From: Candidatus Electrothrix yaqonensis | Lineage (GTDB): Bacteria > Desulfobacterota > Desulfobulbia > Desulfobulbales > Desulfobulbaceae | Direction: 5' to 3' | NCBI GenBank assembly: GCA_047651235.1 | Contig: CP178758.1 | Span: 2,010,001 to 2,042,000, forward strand | Length of the DNA stretch: 32,000 nucleotides | In this document: positions 26,966-32,000 of the stretch, piece after piece | Layout: the number at the start of each line of letters is the position of its first letter | Numbering within the stretch: position 1 is the first letter of the stretch | Notes under the pieces: model-generated | Told to the model about the DNA's origin: nothing | Database searches by the model: none | Seen by the model: the letters and a program-made list of their open reading frames with translations, nothing else | Translations under genes and position numbers: made by a program

Positions 26966-27385
26966 TTATACATCAAAGGGGTTAATGAGGGGCAATGCTG
27001 CAATATCTTTAAAGTCTTTGGTGTTACGTGTTGCCAGGCTGAACCCGTTGGATACGGCGACGGAAGCAATCTGGGCGTCTTCCACGCTCATTGTTATGCC
27101 TTTTTTACGAGTATCGGCAATAAGTTCTGCATAGATAGAAGCCTCAGTTGCCCCGAAGGCCAGGCAGCGGTCAGAAAAATTACTGAATACCTCTTGGGCT
27201 GCGGCCAACAAGGATTGCTTTTTTCTGCTTTCCGGCAGGAGAGTAATACCGAGTTCAATCTCTGCCTTGGTGATAGCGCAGATAAAAAGGTCGGTGACGA
27301 TTTGCTGATCCAGCCAGGAGATAACCCGCTTATCTGGAGACGGGCGCATGGGTTCCGAGAGGATATTGGTGTCAAGAAGGATCAT
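26966..27385 (-). CDS. vapC: PIN-domain toxin VapC (FitB-like)
   Basis: 139 aa with MILLDTNIL, acidic residues in the expected positions (AEIE, VEDAQIA) and TRNTKDF. It overlaps the upstream antitoxin by 4 nt. Confidence 0.9.
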   Translation of the reverse strand: MILLDTNILSEPMRPSPDKRVISWLDQQIVTDLFICAITKAEIELGITLLPESRKKQSLLAAAQEVFSNFSDRCLAFGATEASIYAELIADTRKKGITMSVEDAQIASVAVSNGFSLATRNTKDFKDIAALPLINPFDV

Positions 27386-27630
27386 TCCTCATCAGCCTGC
27401 AAATCAAGGGAACGGGGAGCAGAGTGAACAGGGGCTATATCAATTCCGCCGATGGGGTTAAACTTTTGTTGAATAAGTGTACCTAATCCTTTTTTTGTAG
27501 CAGGTTGGAGAATTGCGGCCCGCAAAATCCTTCTGGCTTCCTCTTCCATTGAACAGGCATGACGGGCAGCCTGCATTCGCAGGCCCTTTTTCACGGCAGG
27601 ATCAAGGTTTCGAATGGTAAGACTCGGCAT
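27382..27630 (-). CDS. vapB: Ribbon-helix-helix antitoxin VapB (FitA/StbC-like)
   Basis: Internal Met of ORF 27382..27708. MPSLTIRNLDPAVKKGLRMQAARHACSMEEEARRILR is the typical RHH N-terminus. Confidence 0.8.
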   Translation of the reverse strand: MPSLTIRNLDPAVKKGLRMQAARHACSMEEEARRILRAAILQPATKKGLGTLIQQKFNPIGGIDIAPVHSAPRSLDLQADEE

Positions 27631-27680
27631 CAGAACACTCCATAGGTTGATGTGGTTGAAAAAACGTTGATGTGCGTTTA

Positions 27681-27800
27681 TTATAGGGAATGCATGCATT
27701 GCATGCAAGGGATAATGCGCAGCCGCAGTTCGTTTTCCGTCTCATTTAAGGCAAGGAGGATGTCGGCGGGGAAGTCTACAGATATTGATTGCGTATTCAT
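27681..27800 (-). pseudogene. N-terminal stub of a UPF0175-family antitoxin
   Basis: GGAGG lies 9 nt before the ATG at 27800. MNTQSISVDFPADILLALNETENELRLRI matches UPF0175 N-termini, then the reading degenerates (IPCMQCMHSL*). Confidence 0.5.
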
Positions 27801-27837
27801 TATGTTATTAACCTCCAAAGCTCCTTTTGTTTTATTC

Positions 27838-27973
27838 CCTTACAATTACATCATTCTCAGTATATTCAATTCTTCCCGGAATCTCAACGGCTCCGGTTCA
27901 GCGAATTGAAAATTCACCTGATGAAAAATAACCCTGCTTCCTGATACGCATATTTTCCTGTAGCGGCTCTTTG
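27838..27973 (+). repeat. Leader repeat, copy 1 (partner 31238-31350), here fused to MNT pseudogene copy 1
   Basis: cccttacaat..attctcagtatattcaatt..caacgg..gattga..cctgatga.. aligns over about 125 nt at roughly 75-80 percent identity by eye. Confidence 0.7.
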
Positions 27974-28275
27974 ATGATCCGCATCTGCCTGCGGGAAGAA
28001 GTACATCGTCTGCTTCCTGATGCGAAAGTAATTCTGCACGGTTCCCGTGTCCGCCAATGCAACCCGGCAGGATTCTGACTGGGATTTTTTGATCATCGCT
28101 GATCATCCGTTGGACAGAGAGATCATAACAAAGCTGAAGGATGGGCTGTATGACATTGAGTTGGAAAATGATGAGGTGGGTGAGCAGCATTATACGGAGC
28201 AGGCAGGAGTGGTCTTCGCCTGCATACGATGCCTTGCTGTTCAAAAAGGCGGTGGAGAAAGAGGGTGTAGTGAAA
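27974..28275 (+). pseudogene. MNT nucleotidyltransferase pseudogene, copy 1 (altered 5' end, two frameshifts)
   Basis: MIRICLREEVHRLLPDAKVILHGSRVRQ, then a shift at cgccaat (about 28051-28056) to ANATRQDSDWDFLIIADH... A second shift comes from an extra g in gaggtgggtgagc (about 28176-28180). Confidence 0.75.
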
Positions 28276-28292
28276 CTTGGTGCGTCCCCTAT

Positions 28293-28661
28293 TTAATCAT
28301 CGAGAAATCGGTCTTCATTTCGGAATGCTGTTCTGTAAATGAACTCCAAAACTTCTTTCAGAGAGATTGCACCGCTTTCAACTATCTTTTCGCTGTCGAT
28401 ATGCTTATGGTGCGGAAATGTTGCGAGATGTTTATGATGCGGTGCATTGTCCCAGCGGGCGAGCATGGTTCCCTCTTCACTCTGCCAGTGAAATGAGTAA
28501 TTGCGCTCTGACGCATCCACATACTCTCTAACAAACAAGACGGATTTGTCAACAAAGATTATTTTGATCTTTCGGTAAAATCCGTCTGACCATCTTCTGT
28601 ATTCCTGAATTTCATATCCTTCTATCCAATCTGACTCGTCAAGCAATCTCGAAATTTCCAT
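28293..28661 (-). CDS. DUF6516-like protein (I recall some databases calling this family a TumE-type TA toxin)
   Basis: The Met at 28661 (MEISRLLDESDW) overlaps the upstream gene by 23 nt. The conserved-looking core is YSFHWQSEEGTMLARWDNAPHHKHLATFPHHKH. The family name is from memory. Confidence 0.55.
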   Translation of the reverse strand: MEISRLLDESDWIEGYEIQEYRRWSDGFYRKIKIIFVDKSVLFVREYVDASERNYSFHWQSEEGTMLARWDNAPHHKHLATFPHHKHIDSEKIVESGAISLKEVLEFIYRTAFRNEDRFLDD

Positions 28662-28926
28662 GCCTGACCTCTTCAATCTTGACGGACAATTCGTCAAATA
28701 TTTTTACCTGCGATTTCCATTCAATGTAATCGTCCCATCGGGAAAAGTCTTCCTGTTCGGCATGTTCAACCTGCTCTTTGAATTCATTCCACGGTTGCTT
28801 GTATTTCTGTTCAAAGAGCCGTATTTTTTCGCGTACTGTATGCAGAGCGGCATGGTATTCCATCAGAAGCCATTCCGCGATTTCCTGTCTGTACACTGTA
28901 ACCATGACGTTCTTCTCCGGTTTCAT
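28639..28926 (-). CDS. Small acidic helical protein, putative antitoxin-like partner of the DUF6516-like gene
   Basis: MKPEKNVMVTVYRQEIAEWLLMEYHAALHTVREKIRLFEQKYKQPWNEFKEQVEHAEQEDFSRWDDYIEWKSQVKIFDEL. An alternative start is at 28950. The 5' part of track ORF 28639..29106 is antisense to MNT copy 2 and was discarded. Confidence 0.5.
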   Translation of the reverse strand: MKPEKNVMVTVYRQEIAEWLLMEYHAALHTVREKIRLFEQKYKQPWNEFKEQVEHAEQEDFSRWDDYIEWKSQVKIFDELSVKIEEVRHGNFEIA

Positions 28927-28956
28927 CTTATATGTGGGGCATTTTTCCATATTCTT

Positions 28957-29287
28957 ATGGTAACTTATTTGGTTAATCAGGTCAAGAACCTGCATCAGGT
29001 GCGGGAGGAAGTACATCGTCTGCTTCCTGATGCGAAAGTAATTCTGCACGGTTCCCGTGCCCGCCAATGCAGCCCGGCAGGACTCTGACTGGGATTTTTT
29101 GATCATTGCTGATCATCCGCCGGGCAGAGAGATCATAACAAAGCTGAAGGGTGGGGTGTATGATATTGAACTGGAAAATGATGAGGTGGTGAGCAGTATT
29201 ATACGGAGCAGGCAGGAGTGGTCTTCGCCTGCATACGATGCGTTGCCGTTCAAAAAGGCAGTGGAGAGAGAGGGCGTAGAGCTGTGA
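28957..29287 (+). pseudogene. MNT nucleotidyltransferase pseudogene, copy 2 (full length, single frameshift)
   Basis: MVTYLVNQVKNLHQVREEVHRLLPDAKVILHGSRAR, then a shift at cgccaat (29051-29057), then ANAARQDSDWDFLIIADHPPGREIITKLKGGVYDIELENDEVVSSIIRSRQEWSSPAYDALPFKKAVEREGVEL*. Removing one C gives a spacing identical to the intact MNT at 6846..7160. Confidence 0.75.
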
Positions 29288-29334
29288 ACCGCAAGGAAGA
29301 CATAATCCTCTACTGGCTTGAACATACTGGATAA
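29284..29334 (+). pseudogene. HEPN partner stub (16 codons) after MNT copy 2
   Basis: GTGA start/stop overlap. VNRKEDIILYWLEHTG* resembles a HEPN N-terminus (..YW.EKA..D) and then terminates. Confidence 0.45.
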
Positions 29335-29374
29335 ATCTCAGCCCGTCTTAACGCTATGGAGCACGCTGTACTTT

Positions 29375-29671
29375 TTAATTTCTGCGACCTGACAACGCCC
29401 GCAACACAGCTTTCGGTTCCTTTGCCACAACATTCAGCAGTACACGCGCCGGACCTCGCGGAGTGCGGTCACCCCGTTCCCAGTGGCGAAGTGTCCCCAA
29501 GCTGATACCGAATGCGGAAGCGAATTCCGCCTGGGTCATTCCTATATGCTGACGAACCGCCTTCACATCCGGCTGTGTAACCTCATGCACAACAGCCTTT
29601 ATCGGTTTTCCTTTCGCAAAATCAATAGATTCACGTAGTCCTTGCTGAATACTCTCAAATGCGCTGCTCAT
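29375..29671 (-). CDS. XRE-family HTH antitoxin
   Basis: Met at 29671 (MSSAFESIQQGLRESIDFAKGK...). The HTH is IGMTQAEFASAFGISLGTLRHWERGDRTPRGPARVLL. It starts 1 nt after the toxin stop. Confidence 0.8.
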   Translation of the reverse strand: MSSAFESIQQGLRESIDFAKGKPIKAVVHEVTQPDVKAVRQHIGMTQAEFASAFGISLGTLRHWERGDRTPRGPARVLLNVVAKEPKAVLRALSGRRN

Positions 29672-29672
29672 C

Positions 29673-30038
29673 TCACGCCCCTCTTTGTTTACTTCCATAT
29701 GTCGCCAGCAGTTCTTCGGTTAATTTGGCCAGCATGTTCCGCTCCGCTTTGCTGATGTTCGCCTTTTCGGATTTTCCGAACAAAGTCAGCAGAAACAACG
29801 GGTATTGCTCACTGTGAAAATAGTAGATGACCCGGACACTGCTGCTTTTTCCCGTGCCTTCGCGTTTCCAGCGCAGTTTCCGAATACCGCCTGTACCCTG
29901 AAGGAGTACACCTGCCTCTGGATTGGCTGCAAGATATCGGATCAGATTTTCCCGCTCCGGGGTACGCAGCAATTTTTCCGCACGTCGGATAAATTCCGGG
30001 AGTTCGACTACTGTGTTCATAGGGATATTGTAATCCAT
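29673..30038 (-). CDS. RelE/ParE-superfamily (HigB-like) toxin
   Basis: GGIRKLRWKREGTGKSSSVRVIYYFHSEQYPLFLLTLFGKSEKANISKAERNML is the typical toxin core. An alternative start is at 30020. Confidence 0.8.
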   Translation of the reverse strand: MDYNIPMNTVVELPEFIRRAEKLLRTPERENLIRYLAANPEAGVLLQGTGGIRKLRWKREGTGKSSSVRVIYYFHSEQYPLFLLTLFGKSEKANISKAERNMLAKLTEELLATYGSKQRGA

Positions 30039-30134
30039 TGGATTACTCTTGACAAGAGGGGGAGGTGCCTTGGCGTAAAAAAGGTCAGTGAGAGGAACGC
30101 GGCGTTATGTCGATTTTCCCGCCGTGACCTCTCT

Positions 30135-30362
30135 TTCTGCACGGTTCCCGTGTCCGCCAATGCAACCCGGCAGGACTCTGATTGGGATTTTCTGATCATT
30201 GCTTATCATCCGTTGGACAGAGAGATCATAACAAAGCTGAAGGATGGGCTGTATGATATTGAACTGGAAAGTAATGAGGTGGTGAGCAGTATTATACAGA
30301 GTAGGCAGGAGTGGTCTTCGCCTGAATACGATGCGTTGCCGTTCAAGAAGGCGGTGGAGAGA
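30135..30362 (+). pseudogene. MNT nucleotidyltransferase pseudogene, copy 3 (truncated at both ends)
   Basis: It starts at ttctgcacggttcccgtgtccgccaatgc, which contains the same frameshift context. It reads ANATRQDSDWDFLIIAYHPLDREIITKLKDGLYDIELESNEVVSSIIQSRQEWSSPEYDALPFKKAVE. Confidence 0.7.
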
Positions 30363-30376
30363 AATTTATCTTGTAT

Positions 30377-30685
30377 TCAGGAATCCTGGATCAGAATTCC
30401 GTTTTTCATTATTTCTTTCAGAAAACCGCCTTGATCATGTTTCGTTTCGAGAAGAACCGGTTCAATTCTGTCGTCCACTTCTCTCCTGATCTTCCAGAGC
30501 AGCGGTCTTGTGGAAAAATAATCTCCCTCCATTTCATCAACTATTATGGCGACATCTACATCGCTGTCTTCCCGTTGAGTTCCCCGCGCATAAGAGCCGA
30601 ACAGCATCATTTTATCAAATGCCATATATTGTGACAGGAGACGCTTGTATTGTACCAGTTTTCTTATAACCTCTTCTTTATCCAT
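30377..30685 (-). CDS. Minimal nucleotidyltransferase (MNT) of an intact HEPN/MNT pair
   Basis: 102 aa with MLFGSYARGTQREDSDVDVAIIV. It overlaps the upstream HEPN gene by 22 nt. Confidence 0.85.
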   Translation of the reverse strand: MDKEEVIRKLVQYKRLLSQYMAFDKMMLFGSYARGTQREDSDVDVAIIVDEMEGDYFSTRPLLWKIRREVDDRIEPVLLETKHDQGGFLKEIMKNGILIQDS

Positions 30686-31071
30686 TGTTGCAGTTCCTTT
30701 GCATTTTCAAGTATCTCTTTACAGCGTTCTTCCGTTAAACTTCTCATCAGCTGCTCTTTGTACGTCGGGTATCTGCACTCAATATTCATCGGTTCGAGCA
30801 TGTCGATAAAAAGTTTCTGGTTCTCTGAAAAAGTATCATAAATTTCCGCTTTCTTTGCGAGGTAAGACAAACTGTGGGAAAAAGGGGCCGGTTTGCCGTT
30901 GCCTTTCACGTAGCAGGCCTTGAGTATCTTTTCAACGGACTGGTGGGCCATGAAGCCGACATAGAGATACCGCTTACTCTTCAGCATAGCTTGGGCTGTT
31001 TCAATATCATATTCTGATAATTCAACCCAGTATTGTACTTGATCAGTCATCTCATTATAACATTTCTTCAT
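30664..31071 (-). CDS. HEPN-domain protein
   Basis: 135 aa. YWVELSEYDIETAQAMLKSKRYLYVGFMAHQSVEKILKA ... HSL ... ECRYP is typical of a HEPN four-helix domain. Confidence 0.85.
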   Translation of the reverse strand: MKKCYNEMTDQVQYWVELSEYDIETAQAMLKSKRYLYVGFMAHQSVEKILKACYVKGNGKPAPFSHSLSYLAKKAEIYDTFSENQKLFIDMLEPMNIECRYPTYKEQLMRSLTEERCKEILENAKELQQWIKKRL

Positions 31072-31129
31072 GAGTAATGGGGTCGTCGGACTGAGTTTTC
31101 CCTTCTGCGGAAAATTTCTTTTTTTGTTT

Positions 31130-31236
31130 TATAGCTGGAGCAGTATAAACTGAATACAGGATCAGCTATCTGAAAGGCGTGAAGGCAAAACTTATGCCTC
31201 TTGTGGGCATATTCAAATTATGTTGCTCCAGCTATA
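31130..31236. repeat. 13-bp perfect inverted repeat with an 81-nt spacer, upstream of the HEPN/MNT operon
   Basis: tatagctggagca (31130-31142) and tgctccagctata (31224-31236). Confidence 0.6.
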
Positions 31237-31237
31237 T

Positions 31238-31350
31238 CCCCTTACAATCGTATTATTCTCAGTATATTCAATTTTTCACGAAATTTCAACGGTTACAGTT
31301 TAGTGGATTGAGCATTTGCCTGATGAGGTGCTTTTGTTCCGCAGACGCAA
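31238..31350 (+). repeat. Leader repeat, copy 2, here fused to PIN half-gene copy 2
   Basis: See 27838-27973. Confidence 0.7.
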
Positions 31351-31559
31351 CCGAAGAAAAGACGGCTCGAAGTGTTCCGAAATAAATCAGCGAGGTCGGG
31401 TTCACCGCCCTTCCTGTCGGTCCTGATCATGCTCGGCCTGCCGGGGAATGGGAAACGGAGCACCGCGATTCTTTTGATCGGATGCCTGCGGCGCAGGCGA
31501 AACTGGAAAATGTCGTTCCCGCAGGCGTTGACAAAGAATTGAGGCGATTTCCTGTGTAG
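31350..31559 (+). pseudogene. C-terminal half of a COG3744-type PIN toxin gene, copy 2 (with an in-frame stop)
   Basis: SVPK*ISEVGFTALPVGPDHARPAGEWETEHRDSFDRMPAAQAKLENVVPAGVDKELRRFPV*, with TAA at 31383-31385. DNA similarity to copy 1 continues past the stop to about 31690 (versus about 26905). Confidence 0.6.
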
Positions 31560-31818
31560 ATTATGAGGGAATAAATGAGGGCAACAGGCGGGTGGCCGAT
31601 GCCCGGTACAATGCGTTATGGGTTGTGCAAGGTTTCCGGGGAGTGGGGCTTGATAGCGGCACATGGCTCGGTATGATGAGGGGGGAATGTGTAAGCAGGA
31701 AAGGTGATCTGACCCCGGTTTATGCTACGCTTGTATTCTGCTTGTTTTTTTGAATCCGATACGGTAATTTATTTAAGTTTATTAACCCAATTTATAAAAT
31801 TTATCCATTTTGAACACC

Positions 31819-32000
31819 ATGTCACTAGAAAAACAGATAAGATTAGGAAGTGCTGTCCTGATAATAGACGACAATCGTATTCTGCTGGGCAAACGTAATA
31901 AGGAACCAGAGTTTGGCAAGTGGGTTTTACCGGGAGGGAAGATTGAATTCGGTGAAACCCACGAACAAGCTGCTATACGGGAAGCCAAAGAAGAATTGGG
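31819..32000 (+). CDS. NUDIX hydrolase, N-terminal part; continues past the right edge
   Basis: Not in the ORF track because it is open at the window edge. MSLEKQIRLGSAVLIIDDNRILLGKRNKEPEFGKWVLPGGKIEFGETHEQAAIREAKEELG contains the Nudix box G-x5-E-x7-REA-x-EE-x-G. Confidence 0.85.
   Translation, partial: MSLEKQIRLGSAVLIIDDNRILLGKRNKEPEFGKWVLPGGKIEFGETHEQAAIREAKEEL

Noticed and set aside
29045-29060. Programmed +1 ribosomal frameshift in the MNT copies
   Set aside because: I could not identify a recognisable slippery or hungry-codon context or a stimulatory structure. Copy 1 has an additional private frameshift and copy 3 is truncated, so pseudogene status is more parsimonious. The read-level check is kept within a finding.
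27914-30199. Three similar minus-strand ORFs starting MI(K/R)KSQSESCR(V/A)ALA(D/G)TGTVQ
   Set aside because: They are conserved only because they are the antisense reading of the repeated MNT pseudogene. The plus-strand reading carries the NTase motif.
26488-31690. Chromosomal integron or CRISPR array as an explanation of the repeat-cargo periodicity
   Set aside because: The repeats are 230-330 bp of gene-derived sequence, not 28-40-bp CRISPR repeats or 60-140-bp attC dyads with GTTRRRY cores. There is no intI or cas gene in the window.

Overview
Chromosomal window, almost entirely minus-strand coding, from a sulfate-reducing or sulfur-cycling (Desulfobulbales-like) bacterium; this taxonomic guess rests only on aprB at the left edge. 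The housekeeping backbone is aprB (partial), an SDR, glnS, thiS-thiG-thiH behind a TPP riboswitch, htrA/degP, mgtE, purM, mog/moaB, trmFO, and an ArsB/NhaD-type permease with a USP-like gene. Accessory material is interleaved: a Kazal-domain lipoprotein, an Rpn/PD-(D/E)XK putative transposase, an orphan MNT, an AT-rich Yip1-like membrane gene, a decayed type II R-M pair, and a frameshifted NB-ARC/TPR STAND NTPase. At 26.5-31.7 kb there is a dense toxin-antitoxin island with vapBC, a DUF6516-like pair, RelE/XRE and HEPN/MNT. The most unusual signal is architectural. Accessory genes are repeatedly bracketed by imperfect direct repeats that copy the end of a neighbouring gene (thiH, htrA and permease 3' ends, a cupin 5' end). 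The TA cassettes are separated by three copies of one MNT pseudogene that all carry the same frameshift, and the island is bounded by two copies of a half PIN gene. No integrase, transposase other than Rpn, CRISPR array, tRNA or rRNA was seen. Family names are from my own reading of the translations. No database search was run.
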